Of a stretch of DNA of 64,000 bases, positions 27,433 to 37,233 are shown piece by piece. Numbering within the stretch: position 1 is the first letter of the stretch; each line of letters starts with the position of its first letter. Below the pieces are notes generated by a model. It saw nothing but the letters and a program-made list of their open reading frames with translations. It did not search any database and was not told the origin of the DNA. The DNA comes from an uncultured delta proteobacterium. GTDB taxonomy: Bacteria; Desulfobacterota; WTBG01. Position numbers and translations under genes: made by a program. The DNA lies in NCBI GenBank assembly GCA_963793865.1, contig CAWCBP010000011.1, positions 1-64,000 on the forward strand. The letters are read 5' to 3'.

Positions 27433-27958
27433 GGTGTTTGCTCAGGCTCCTGCTGTGGAATGTTCTTCTGCAGCCGGGACAGAGGGTGAGCCAGGGGAGG
27501 TCCCCCGGGGCGATGCCCCGCTGCGCATAACTCTTCTTCACCGCCTGGGCGATACCTTTAACGGTTCCTATGGTGGACTGGCAGTGTTCGCACCCCTTGA
27601 GCCGGAGCTTCAGCTCATGGTAGAGCTTGTCCCTGGCAAGCGCGGGCAAATCGCTGCCCTGCTCGAACTCCAGGGCCTGTTCCGGGCAGATGGCGGCACA
27701 GACGCCGCAATAGATGCAGCTGCTCATGGTAATGGTGACCGTCCGGTGCTTCTTGTTGTCCGAAACGGCAATGGCACGGGCCGGACACATGACCGCGCAG
27801 GCGCCGCAGCCGGTGCAGCGCTTCTCGTGCAGCACCATTTTCTTGAGGGGAGGATTGGGCGCGGGCGCTGCGTGCCCGGCGCGATATCCTTCCATCTGCT
27901 TGGCCGTCAGCGATATGAAGGCCTCTTTTAATTCGCTGGTCAGGTGCAGTTTAAACAT
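27422..27958 (-). CDS. HycF/NuoI-like 4Fe-4S subunit
   Basis: CTGCGACAVMCP, CIYCGVCAAICP, extra CEHC…CPGC. Confidence 0.85.
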   Translation of the reverse strand: MFKLHLTSELKEAFISLTAKQMEGYRAGHAAPAPNPPLKKMVLHEKRCTGCGACAVMCPARAIAVSDNKKHRTVTITMSSCIYCGVCAAICPEQALEFEQGSDLPALARDKLYHELKLRLKGCEHCQSTIGTVKGIAQAVKKSYAQRGIAPGDLPWLTLCPGCRRTFHSRSLSKHHAR

Positions 27959-27994
27959 GGCTGAAGTGCTTGAGACCCGGTCTGCGCGGGCCGG

Positions 27995-29665
27995 TTAGTG
28001 TTCGACGCACGAAAAACAGGGATCTATGCTGCAGATGCTCATGCGGGCATCCGCGATGTTGGTTCCCCGCAGCATGACCGGAATGGCCTGCAGATTTGAA
28101 AAGGTTGCGCTTTTGATTTTCCAGCGCAGCGGTCTGCCGCTCGCGCCGGTTAAAATGTAGTGCACGGTTTCCCCCCGGGGTGATTCAACCGCCGACATGC
28201 AATCAATGTGGGGCGGTATTTCAACCGTCTTCACCCGCAGTTCGCCTTCGGGCAGGTGATTGAGGATTTCGCGGATGAGCCTCATTGACTGATGCATCTC
28301 ATCAATCCTGACCGAGACGCGCGCCAGATTGTCACCTTCTCCCCGGCAGACAGGCTCGAGGGACAGGCGGTCGTACGCGGCATAGGGATGGTCCACCCGC
28401 GCATCGGCAGGGATGCCGGAGGCGCGCGCCGTGGGGCCGGACACGCAGAAACGCTGCGCCTCATGGCGCGGCAGGGTGCTGATCATTTTCATGTGGGAGA
28501 AGAGCGACAGCTCTCCCGGCAGGCCGTCCATCAGCGCGGCCAGATCCTTTTCCACCGCTCCCAGAAATGATTCCATGCGCGCCCGGGAGGCGACAGGGAT
28601 GTCCCTGCATACTCCTCCGATGACGTTCATCCCCAGGATGATGCGGTTTCCGGTCAGGAACTGGCGGAGATTGAGAATTGATCCCTGCAGCGCGCAGCAC
28701 TTGAGAAAGAGATGCTTGAAACCTTCCATGGAACAGATGGAGGCAAGCCACAGAGCGTGGCTGTACAGGCGTTCAACCTCCAGCAGGGCGGTGCGTATGA
28801 ACCGGGCCCGGAGCGGCACCTCCAACCGGGCCGCCGATTCCATGGCCTGGCAGAAGCAGGTGCTGTGCGAAAATCCGCAGCAGGCGCAGATGCGCTCGGC
28901 GATGAACGGTATGTGGCGGTAGCTGAGAACGCTGCCGGCCATCTTTTCAAGTCCGCGATGGTTGTAAAATCCCCGGTAGTCGACATCAACCACCCGTTCC
29001 CCGTAGACAAAGAGGTTGAAATAGGCGGTTGTCTCCTTCTGCCCGTAGAACGAGCCCAGGGGAAGCAGGGTAGTGCTCGCCGGCGGCGTTTTGAGATTGG
29101 GGGCGGCGCCGGAGGCGGGGGGCGGTTTGTGATCGAAGCGAAATTCGCTCTTCAGGGGATGCACCCCCTCGGGCCAGTCGTCCGCCAGGATAAGCCGCCT
29201 GAGATCGGGATGGCCCGCGGCGCTGATGCCGCTCATGTCCTTCAGCTCCCGCTCCGCCCAGTTGGCTCCCGGGATAACCGGGGTAAGGGAATCAATCGCC
29301 GCCGGGCTCGCCGGATCGAGATCAGTGCTGATGCAGAGCACCACTTTTTCCTTGTCGAAGGAGAAAAGATAGCGCAGGGCGGGGGAGAGCGATTCTTCGG
29401 CGCGGTCTATGGCGGCGCAGGTTACATACCTTCCGTTCAGCTGCAGGAAGACGTGTTCGGCGATACTTCGTATCAGGGTAGGCCCGGCGGTGAGAAACAG
29501 GATGGGAAGCCTGCCCCTGTCAAGGCTGATCAGGTCCCCGAACTTTTCTTTAAGGCTGGCGGTGATGTGATCAGGGCAGACGGCCGCTTTTTCACTCCTG
29601 TCCTGGCGGCTGGTGTCCGTGCCCTGGCCGGAGCCACGATTATTTCTTTTTTGCTTTGAGGGCAT
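27995..29665 (-). CDS. Group-4 [NiFe]-hydrogenase large subunit (HycE-like NuoC-D fusion)
   Basis: WAERE, GHPDLRRL, HRGLEK, ERICACC (L1), ESPRGE, DPCFSCVEH (L2) at the C-terminus. Confidence 0.85.
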   Translation of the reverse strand: MPSKQKRNNRGSGQGTDTSRQDRSEKAAVCPDHITASLKEKFGDLISLDRGRLPILFLTAGPTLIRSIAEHVFLQLNGRYVTCAAIDRAEESLSPALRYLFSFDKEKVVLCISTDLDPASPAAIDSLTPVIPGANWAERELKDMSGISAAGHPDLRRLILADDWPEGVHPLKSEFRFDHKPPPASGAAPNLKTPPASTTLLPLGSFYGQKETTAYFNLFVYGERVVDVDYRGFYNHRGLEKMAGSVLSYRHIPFIAERICACCGFSHSTCFCQAMESAARLEVPLRARFIRTALLEVERLYSHALWLASICSMEGFKHLFLKCCALQGSILNLRQFLTGNRIILGMNVIGGVCRDIPVASRARMESFLGAVEKDLAALMDGLPGELSLFSHMKMISTLPRHEAQRFCVSGPTARASGIPADARVDHPYAAYDRLSLEPVCRGEGDNLARVSVRIDEMHQSMRLIREILNHLPEGELRVKTVEIPPHIDCMSAVESPRGETVHYILTGASGRPLRWKIKSATFSNLQAIPVMLRGTNIADARMSICSIDPCFSCVEH

Positions 29666-30101
29666 AGGTTGTTCGCCGTCTGCCGGCCATGGTGCCGGGG
29701 GCATCATAAACTAAAGCGTTCGTGGGGCAGGTAAGCACGCACACCGGTTCCCGGCCCCTGTTCAGCCGGTGAATGCACCGGTCGCACTTTTGCACGCCCC
29801 GTTCCTCCTCCAGGCTTATGACCCCGAAGGGGCAGGCAATGATACACATGCCGCAGCCGATGCACCGGGACTGGTGAACGATAACCGCTCCGTGTGAGAC
29901 CCGTTCAAGCGCAGCGGTCGGGCAGGATTCAACGCAGGGGCTTTTTTCACAGTGCATGCAGCAGAGCGGCAGCGATTGGCCGCCGTCAGCGGCGGTTATA
30001 AAAATATGGGCAATCCCGCCATGCTCCCGCGCGCAGGCTGCCGCACAGGCACGGCAGGCGATGCATCGCTCTGTGTCAACGGAAAATACCTTGTGCTTCA
30101 C
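29640..30101 (-). CDS. HycB/HydN-like 4x[4Fe-4S] protein
   Basis: CIACRAC, CMHCEKSPCVESCP, CIGCGMCIIACP, KCDRC…CVLTCP. Confidence 0.88.
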   Translation of the reverse strand: MKHKVFSVDTERCIACRACAAACAREHGGIAHIFITAADGGQSLPLCCMHCEKSPCVESCPTAALERVSHGAVIVHQSRCIGCGMCIIACPFGVISLEEERGVQKCDRCIHRLNRGREPVCVLTCPTNALVYDAPGTMAGRRRTTYALKAKKK

Positions 30102-32150
30102 TTACATGCCTCCGCTTTTCTTGACCTGGCAGGTCTGGGCGTTGAGGTGCGGTATGTGTACCCGGGGATCAAGCTGGCGCAGGGAACAGCCGCTGCCGCC
30201 CGCGGATATAAACGGGATGAACACGACCCCCGGCTGCACCGCGTCTGTAATCACGGCCGAGGCTATTGCCGATCCCGACCTGGTAAGAATCTTCACCTCT
30301 CCCGGGTGCTGCAACGATATCTTGTGGGCGTCCCGGGGATTGATCTCAAGGGTAAGCGGGGCTGTGGAAGGCTGGGCAGCGGCCTGGGGTGTCGGCGCTT
30401 GCGCATGTACCGGGCCGCAGGTCAGGCGGAGGGGGAATGCCTTGGAGGGCTTTTCATCCTTCCTGTCGCAGACAGGGGCGGTGAATCGACCCCTTCCGTC
30501 CGGGGTGCTGAACTGTTCAACATACAGAATGGGCGTGCCCGGGTGTGTGGCCCCGGGGCAGGGGGAGGTGATGCCGCCGATTTTTTTAACCCTGCCGGGG
30601 GTTATTCCGGCGTACGCAGGAACTGCCTTATTGATTTCGCCGAGTATGGTCTCCGGGCTGCCGTAGGAAAATTGCTTGGGGTACCCCATTTTTTTGCCCA
30701 CCGCGCATATGGCCTGCCAGGCGGCGAGCACCTGCTTCTGAGGATTAATGATCCGGGACTGCCACTGAACGCGGCGTTCGGTGTTGGTATAGCTGCCGGT
30801 TTTTTCCGCCCAGGAAGGGGCGGGCAGGACGATATCCGCCAGCCGTGCCGTTTCGGTGAGAAACCGGTCCTGCACCACCAGGAATTCCAGTCCCTTGAGC
30901 GCGTTTTGAAATTCGCCCGCGGCGGATGATTCCGCGCAGGGGTCCGATTCCACGATGTACATGGCCTTGATGCGGTGACTCTTGATGGCCTTGGGCAGCG
31001 CGTTGAGCTCAATGCCTTCTTTTGAAGGCAGGTGCTTGATCTTCCACAGTTTGGTGAGTCGCGCACTTGACGCCTGATCCTTCAATTCGGTTTGCCCCGG
31101 CTGCATCAGGGGCGATACTCCCATATCGTAGCTTCCCTGCTCGTTGCCGTGGGTGAGAAGCGGGAAAATACCCGCGCCCGGTCTGCCCAGATGGCCTGTC
31201 AAAAGCGCCAGGTTGGCAGCCTGCACACGGGCGGCCTGCGCCTGGGCGGGGGAGGCGTTATAGTCGGCGGTTTGAACAATCGCCCCGGCGGGTGCTGAAG
31301 CATAGCGCTCCGCAATATCCCGTATGGCGGCGGCGGGTATGCCGGATATCCCCTCGCACCCCTTGAGCGATTGTTTCTGCATGGCCTTGCTGAAGAGGTC
31401 AAATCCCGAGGTTCGTTCTTCAATAAACCGCGCGTTATAGCGGCGGCTTTCCAGCAGGTGGAGGATCATGCCTTCCAGCAGCGCCGCCTGCGCGCCGGGG
31501 CGGATGTGCAGAAAGGGATCACAGAACCACGGGGCCGGAGGCACCCGGTGGTCTGCGCAGATGACCGCGGCGCCCTTTGCCCGGGCCTCGAAGATGAAGC
31601 GCGCGGCAACAGGATGATTTTCAAGAAAGTGCGGGCCGGTAATGATAATGCACCGGGAATGGGCAAGGTCGGAAAGGGGGTTGGTCATGCCCGCATAGCC
31701 GAGCAACGGTGCGAGAGCGGCGGGCGCGAAGCCTGCGCCCTCCTCCAGGGTGAGAGCGGTTATGTTGTTTGTCCCCAGCACCCTGGCAAATTTCTGCAGG
31801 AGATACTGTTCCTCGTTGGTACAGCGGGGCGAGCCCATAAATGCCAGCGCATTGGCGCCGTGCTTTGCCGCCGCGCTTTTAAGCCGGGAGGAGATGATGG
31901 TGATGGCTTCATCCCAGGTAATGGCATGAAAGGTGCCGTCTTCCTTCTTCGCCAGGGGGGAATAAATCCTTTCAGGATGGTACACCGTTTCCAGAACGCG
32001 GTTGCCCTTGAGGCACAGGGCGCCGGCATTGACGGGGTGATTGGTCATGTACTCTATGCCGGTGGCCCTGCCCTGCTCAAGCAGGGTATGGAAGCCGCAC
32101 CCTTCAGCGCAGCGAAGGCAGACGCTTTGAGTTTCCTGGAGCGGTGTCAT
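30102..32150 (-). CDS. Formate dehydrogenase alpha-like molybdopterin oxidoreductase family protein with degenerate active site
   Basis: CLRCAEGC…LCLKG, TNEEQYLLQKFAR, HGNEQGSYDMG, FLTETA, SYTNTERRVQ; no Cys/Sec-His after GTNNI. Confidence 0.85.
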   Translation of the reverse strand: MTPLQETQSVCLRCAEGCGFHTLLEQGRATGIEYMTNHPVNAGALCLKGNRVLETVYHPERIYSPLAKKEDGTFHAITWDEAITIISSRLKSAAAKHGANALAFMGSPRCTNEEQYLLQKFARVLGTNNITALTLEEGAGFAPAALAPLLGYAGMTNPLSDLAHSRCIIITGPHFLENHPVAARFIFEARAKGAAVICADHRVPPAPWFCDPFLHIRPGAQAALLEGMILHLLESRRYNARFIEERTSGFDLFSKAMQKQSLKGCEGISGIPAAAIRDIAERYASAPAGAIVQTADYNASPAQAQAARVQAANLALLTGHLGRPGAGIFPLLTHGNEQGSYDMGVSPLMQPGQTELKDQASSARLTKLWKIKHLPSKEGIELNALPKAIKSHRIKAMYIVESDPCAESSAAGEFQNALKGLEFLVVQDRFLTETARLADIVLPAPSWAEKTGSYTNTERRVQWQSRIINPQKQVLAAWQAICAVGKKMGYPKQFSYGSPETILGEINKAVPAYAGITPGRVKKIGGITSPCPGATHPGTPILYVEQFSTPDGRGRFTAPVCDRKDEKPSKAFPLRLTCGPVHAQAPTPQAAAQPSTAPLTLEINPRDAHKISLQHPGEVKILTRSGSAIASAVITDAVQPGVVFIPFISAGGSGCSLRQLDPRVHIPHLNAQTCQVKKSGGM

Positions 32151-32299
32151 GTTTGCATCAGGGGTTGATGGAACAATTGAAAGGGAAGGTAATCCGTGCT
32201 CCCTTGAGAAAGAAGTGAAATGTAAGTGGCAGCATCAGGGAGCGGGTCCATGATGCTGCCATCCACAGTAATTTCCTGCTTACATTTCCTGTCCGCGTC

Positions 32300-33478
32300 T
32301 TAATAGGATTTCGGCAGCCCCAGCAGCACCTGACCGATGAAATTCTTTGACATTTCGTTGGTGATGGGTGCGAAAATGAGCTGTCGGCAGTTCCTGTAGT
32401 ACCGCTGCATATCGTACTCTTCGGTGAAACCGTAGCCGGCAAGAACCCTCATTCCACGATCAGCAGCGCGGAAAGCGACTTCTGATGCCAGATACTTGGC
32501 CATGGTGCAAATGACGCCGGTCTGGATATTGTCCGGGTCCTTTGCCTGCATCCAAGCGGCCTTGTAGGTAACCAGCCGTGCCGCCTCAATCTCTGATGCC
32601 ACTTCAGCCAGGGGGTGTTGTATTGCCTGGAATGCTCCAATGGGCTTGCCGAAAGCCTCGCGCTCTTTGGCATACTGTGTTGCGTCGTCGAGTGCCGCCT
32701 TTGCCAGGCCGAGGGTGATGGCCGCGCATACAATGCGTTCGTTGTTTAGCGTTCCCACAAGCTGATACCAGCCTTTTCCCCGCGCGCCCAGGATCTGGCT
32801 TTTGTGCACTTTCACATCTTCATAAACAACTTCGAATGAACTCAGGATGTGGCTTCCCAGTTTTTCAATCTTGTTGTAGCTGACACCAGGGGTCTTTGTG
32901 GGTATGAGGAACATGGTGAGACCGCGGGCCGGCTTGTCCGGGGATTCATCGGTTCTGAAAACGCCGACGATGGTGTCCGCCACGTGGATCCCTGTGGTGT
33001 AAATCTTGGTGCCGTTTAAAATATAGTAGTCACCGTCCTCTTTTGCCTTTGATTTCAGTGCGCCCAGGATGTCGGTACCACCGCCGGGCTCGGTCAGGCT
33101 CAGGCAGAAATTGGTGTCTCCGGCGATCAGCGGGGGAAGATACTTTTGCTTTTGTTCTTCAGTTCCCTGCTCCAGGATGGAGATACCGCCAAAACACACA
33201 CCGAGCAGGTAGGTCAGACCCAGGTCGGAAAAGCGGTATGACAACTCTTCGGTAATGAGCATTTCCTCAATAATACCTCCGCCGGTTCCACCGTATTGTT
33301 CCGGAAATGCGGCCCCCAGGATACCTATTTCTCCCAATTGTTTCCAGACATGTGATGGGAATGTATGGGTTTTATCCCATTCCCGTACCTTCTCTCGGGG
33401 GCACTCTTTGTCTTTAAATTTTCTGACTGTTTCAATTATCATCTTCTGTTCGTCGGTGAGTTCAAAATCTAGTGCCAT
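32300..33478 (-). CDS. Acyl-CoA dehydrogenase
   Basis: LTEPGGGTD, LNGTKIY, LNNERI, REAFGKPIGAFQAIQH; AAGGAG RBS before MALDFELT. Confidence 0.93.
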   Translation of the reverse strand: MALDFELTDEQKMIIETVRKFKDKECPREKVREWDKTHTFPSHVWKQLGEIGILGAAFPEQYGGTGGGIIEEMLITEELSYRFSDLGLTYLLGVCFGGISILEQGTEEQKQKYLPPLIAGDTNFCLSLTEPGGGTDILGALKSKAKEDGDYYILNGTKIYTTGIHVADTIVGVFRTDESPDKPARGLTMFLIPTKTPGVSYNKIEKLGSHILSSFEVVYEDVKVHKSQILGARGKGWYQLVGTLNNERIVCAAITLGLAKAALDDATQYAKEREAFGKPIGAFQAIQHPLAEVASEIEAARLVTYKAAWMQAKDPDNIQTGVICTMAKYLASEVAFRAADRGMRVLAGYGFTEEYDMQRYYRNCRQLIFAPITNEMSKNFIGQVLLGLPKSY

Positions 33479-33505
33479 ATCGTGCTCCTTTCGTTGGAAA
33501 TTAAG

Positions 33506-33523
33506 TGAATGAATATTCATTCA
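33506..33523. promoter_or_regulatory. TetR-family operator (FadR/YsiA-box-like)
   Basis: Perfect 18-bp palindrome TGAATGAATATTCATTCA between a minus-strand TTGACA (33567..33562) and the acyl-CoA dehydrogenase start. Confidence 0.75.
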
Positions 33524-33631
33524 TTAAGAGTAATTCCTTGAATATCATTACCATACTGTCATGTCAAGACATTTTTTAGATTTCTTTCAACGGGTGCGGG
33601 TGACGGGGTGTATCGATTTAAAATCCTGTTT

Positions 33632-33889
33632 TTATTCAACAATTTTGTATACCAGATCATCTTCCCTGACCCGGTCTTTTACCTTGATCCCGATCATGTC
33701 TCCGGGGAGCGCTTTTTCCACGGGTTGATTATCTTTCTGCATGGAATTCACCGTATCTTGAAAGTCAGTGGTGTGCCCTTTAAACTTTATCCGGTCACCA
33801 ATGCACAGGGATCCATCAGTCATGGCAATTGCCGCGACAGAGGGCTTGGCAAAAAACTTCACAACTTTCGCTATCTTTTCTTCTCTCAT
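33632..33889 (-). CDS. Small translation-factor beta-barrel-like protein (peptidase U32 C-terminal-like)
   Basis: KFFAKPSVAAI, GHTTDFQDTVNSMQ, GIKVKDRVREDD. Confidence 0.75.
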   Translation of the reverse strand: MREEKIAKVVKFFAKPSVAAIAMTDGSLCIGDRIKFKGHTTDFQDTVNSMQKDNQPVEKALPGDMIGIKVKDRVREDDLVYKIVE

Positions 33890-34236
33890 GGCAGCACCGT
33901 CCTTTCACCTGGTACATTTGTTGCGTTTTTCAGCCACTCAAGATAATCAGGCAAGCCATCGATAACGGGCAGCGCAATAATTTCAGGAATATCATAACTG
34001 TGCAATGATTTTACACGGTCGCGTATCCGGGGGAAAAGACTTTTAGGGCTCTTGACCAGAAGCAGTACCTCTTCATCCTCACAGACCTTCCCCTCCCAGC
34101 GGTAAACCGATGTGATCCGGGGAATAATGCTGACGCAGGCGGCAATCCCTTCGGTGACCAGGGCCCGGGCAATTTCTTCCCCTTTATCAAGGGCAGGCGC
34201 CGTAATGAGGATGACTATGGCTGCGGTCTCATTCAT
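33886..34236 (-). CDS. cutA: Divalent-cation tolerance protein
   Basis: AACVSI, SVYRWEG, HSYDIPEII. Confidence 0.93.
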   Translation of the reverse strand: MNETAAIVILITAPALDKGEEIARALVTEGIAACVSIIPRITSVYRWEGKVCEDEEVLLLVKSPKSLFPRIRDRVKSLHSYDIPEIIALPVIDGLPDYLEWLKNATNVPGERTVLP

Positions 34237-34299
34237 GGCCCCCTACCTTTACCGTTTGTGTCAGAAAATATCAAGCAAAATATTGAGCGGCTGCGGCGG

Positions 34300-34935
34300 C
34301 TATTCCGTGGGGGTGATCTGCGGTTTTGATGACAGCTGACCCAGCTGCGGAAGCAGCTGTTTCGCTTCCTCGGGCGAGGTAAAGCTGCCGACCCTGACCC
34401 GGTGCCAGGTCTCACCGGCCGGATTGGTTTTGCTTGTTACCTGTGCTTGAAATCCCTGGCTGTTGAGCGTATTGGCAAGGGCATACGCCTTTTCTTTCTG
34501 CTGAAAGGCGGCAACCTGGATGGTATAACCGGCTTCCTTGCGTGCGGGGGGTGCGGGCCTGTCGGGGGCGGCAGCTGTGGCTGCAGGCGCCGCGGGGGCT
34601 GCCGGCCGGGCCTTTACCCCCTCCCTGGTCAGCGATGGCGTAATCTCAACCTTCTGCGTCAGCTCATCGTAAAACCGCAGGTCTGAATCGTTTTTGCCGC
34701 AATCACCGGCGGGCGGATTCATCGGCTCTAATGAATTGTAGTCGGAAACGGGAGGCGCGGCCGCAAGGTTCTGACGCGGGTGCGCAACAGGGGGGGCGTC
34801 CACGCCCTGAATGAACCGGCTGCCCATGAAGGCCCCCAGGGTGAAGGCAAAGAAAAAGCAGCCGATCAGGGCGAACAGGGATAGCAGGATCTGCAGTAAG
34901 CTGAGCCTGATTTCAAAATATTTTTTTGGATTCAT
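34300..34935 (-). CDS. SPOR-domain membrane protein (FtsN/DedD-like)
   Basis: N-terminal TM, YTIQVAAF…WHRVRVGSF; downstream of argS. Confidence 0.85.
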   Translation of the reverse strand: MNPKKYFEIRLSLLQILLSLFALIGCFFFAFTLGAFMGSRFIQGVDAPPVAHPRQNLAAAPPVSDYNSLEPMNPPAGDCGKNDSDLRFYDELTQKVEITPSLTREGVKARPAAPAAPAATAAAPDRPAPPARKEAGYTIQVAAFQQKEKAYALANTLNSQGFQAQVTSKTNPAGETWHRVRVGSFTSPEEAKQLLPQLGQLSSKPQITPTE

Positions 34936-34977
34936 GTAATGCCTTATCGCGGGCCTGCGGGGGCCCGGCGGTCATGC

Positions 34978-36669
34978 TTACATCTTTTCCGGCGCGCCGA
35001 CCCCGATGAGCGTCAATCCGTTTTTGATAACCATCCTGACGGTGTTTACCAGCCAGAGCCGAGCGGCGCTGAGCGGCCGGTCCTCACTCACCACCCGCCG
35101 GGCGCCGTTCAGCTTTCCCAGATGATAGTAGCGGTGGAAATTGCCCACCAGGTCGTTGAGATAGCCGGTGATGCGGTGTGGTTCAAGACTCAGCGCGCAT
35201 CCCTCCACCAGCTCGGGATAGGATGAAAGCTGCTTGATGAGATTGATCTCTTCCGGCAGGATGAGCAGATCCAGGTTCACCTCGCCGGGGCCGGGAAGGG
35301 GCAGCCCCTGCTCCCGGGCAAAGCCCAGGATGTTGCAGATCCTGGCGTGCGCGTATTGGACGTAATAGACGGGGTTTTCATCGCTCTGCTTTTTGGCCAC
35401 CTCCAGATCAAACTCGAGCTGCGCGTCGGATTTCCGGGTGAGAAAAATGTATTTCACCGCGTCGGGGCCGACCTCGTCAAGCACCTCCCGAAGCGTGACA
35501 AAAGTGCCGCTGCGGGTGGACATTGAGACCGGAACCCCGTTTCTCACCAGGCTCACAAACTGCACCAGCAATACTTCCACGCTGTCCCGGCTGTTGCCCA
35601 GGGCCTCCATTACCGCTTTGATCCGGGGGATGTACCCGTGGTGGTCCGCGCCCCAGATATTTATGGTTTTCCGGTACCCCCGCTGCAGCTTGTTGGCGTG
35701 GTAGGCGATGTCGGAGGCAAAATAGGTCGGTACCCCGTTGCTTCTCACCACCACCCGGTCCTTATCATCACCGAAATCCGTGCTTTTAAACCAGAGGTGT
35801 CCTTCATGGCGGTACAGGCAGCCTTTTTTGTCCAGTTCCTCTATTGCATTCTCCACGGTTTTTTCCCTGAAAAGGGAGTTTTCGCTGAACCAGGTGTCGA
35901 AGCGGCATCCGAAATCGCTTAAGTCCTTTTGTATTCCTTCCATGATGCTGTCAACTGAAGCGGAGGTAAAAAAGGAGATTGCCTCGGCCTCGCTCGCCTG
36001 CGCATACCGGTCTCCGTGACGGTCCAGAATGTGCCGGGCTATTTCCCTGATATAGTCGCCCTGGTAGTACTCGGGAGGAAAGGAAATCTCTTTCCCCAGC
36101 ATCTCCAGATAGCGGGCGTAAACGGACCTTCCCAGCATTTGCATCTGATTGCCGGTGTCGTTGACATAGTACTCGCGGCTCACGTCATATCCCGCCGCCT
36201 GCAGGATATTGGCCAGCGCATCCCCGATGGCCGCCCCCCTTCCATGCCCGATATGCAGCGGTCCGGTGGGGTTGGCGCTGACGTATTCCACCATGATTTT
36301 TTCACCCCGGCCGATGTTCGAGGTTCCGTAGCCGTCGCCCTGGAGGGCCATGTCTTTCAGCGCCGCAAGCCAGAAGGGGCGCGAAATGAAGAAATTGATG
36401 AATCCCGGGCCGGCCACTTCCAGCTTCTCAAATATGCGGTCATCCTTTTGGGACAGGCGGGAAACAATGCTCTGGGCTATGGCGCGGGGGGATTTCTTCT
36501 CCCGGGGGGCCAGCAGCATTGCCACGTTGGTTGCGAAATCACCGTGCTGCTCCGCCTTGGGGGTTTCCAGGGTAAAGGGGGGAACTGTGTGCTGCGAGAG
36601 CTCGCCTGCCTGAGCGCATTCCTTCAGCGCTTCACCGATCTGGTGCCGTAAGCTATCCTTGACATTCAT
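34978..36669 (-). CDS. argS: Arginine--tRNA ligase
   Basis: EYVSANPTGPLHIGHGR, GADHHGY, MSTRSG, YVQYAHAR. Confidence 0.97.
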   Translation of the reverse strand: MNVKDSLRHQIGEALKECAQAGELSQHTVPPFTLETPKAEQHGDFATNVAMLLAPREKKSPRAIAQSIVSRLSQKDDRIFEKLEVAGPGFINFFISRPFWLAALKDMALQGDGYGTSNIGRGEKIMVEYVSANPTGPLHIGHGRGAAIGDALANILQAAGYDVSREYYVNDTGNQMQMLGRSVYARYLEMLGKEISFPPEYYQGDYIREIARHILDRHGDRYAQASEAEAISFFTSASVDSIMEGIQKDLSDFGCRFDTWFSENSLFREKTVENAIEELDKKGCLYRHEGHLWFKSTDFGDDKDRVVVRSNGVPTYFASDIAYHANKLQRGYRKTINIWGADHHGYIPRIKAVMEALGNSRDSVEVLLVQFVSLVRNGVPVSMSTRSGTFVTLREVLDEVGPDAVKYIFLTRKSDAQLEFDLEVAKKQSDENPVYYVQYAHARICNILGFAREQGLPLPGPGEVNLDLLILPEEINLIKQLSSYPELVEGCALSLEPHRITGYLNDLVGNFHRYYHLGKLNGARRVVSEDRPLSAARLWLVNTVRMVIKNGLTLIGVGAPEKM

Positions 36670-36773
36670 GGGTAATTATTGAACGGGCTGACCGCCTGAT
36701 GAGCCTGCTGTTTCATCGCCGGATGCCGCAGCCGCGGAAAGCCGGTCCCCCTCTCCTTGAACTTCCGATTGGT

Positions 36774-37187
36774 TTAGTCTTCTATGTCTTCCTCGACCTC
36801 TACGAGAGAAAGGGCGCCGCTGGTGCACCACTTGACGCAGGACGGGTCGGGCGGCTCACCGCAAAAATCGCACTTTAAGGGAACCTCGGTGCCCGGCTCG
36901 AAAAAGTACGGCTTTTCCGGGCATGCAGCCCGGCAGAGCATGCAGGTGTTGTAATGCTGTCCCCCGATGATGGTGAAGCTGCGGGAGGAGCACTTGGCGT
37001 CGGTGTAAGGACCCGAGAGGATCGGATAGCTGGTCCCATCGTCCAGATCCACATGGACCCTGATGCGGGACTGGTTGGGATTCACTGAATTGTGCTCGGT
37101 GTGGGCAAGCGCGCATGCCGTTTCACAGTGACGGCAGCCGGTGCATTTGTCGAAATCGATCACTATCTTTTTTACCATTGCCTTCAT
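36774..37187 (-). CDS. 4Fe-4S subunit of BamC type
   Basis: CTGCRHCETAC, SRIRV, GPYTDAKC, CMLCRAACP, PLKCDFC, CVKWC. Confidence 0.75.
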   Translation of the reverse strand: MKAMVKKIVIDFDKCTGCRHCETACALAHTEHNSVNPNQSRIRVHVDLDDGTSYPILSGPYTDAKCSSRSFTIIGGQHYNTCMLCRAACPEKPYFFEPGTEVPLKCDFCGEPPDPSCVKWCTSGALSLVEVEEDIED

Positions 37188-37233
37188 AATGGTTTCCTCC
37201 GCCGTTCCGGTATGTTTTTTAAAGTGGCCCCTG

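Noticed and set aside
30102..32150. Selenocysteine formate dehydrogenase
   Set aside because: ORF is uninterrupted and has neither TGA nor Cys at the ligand position
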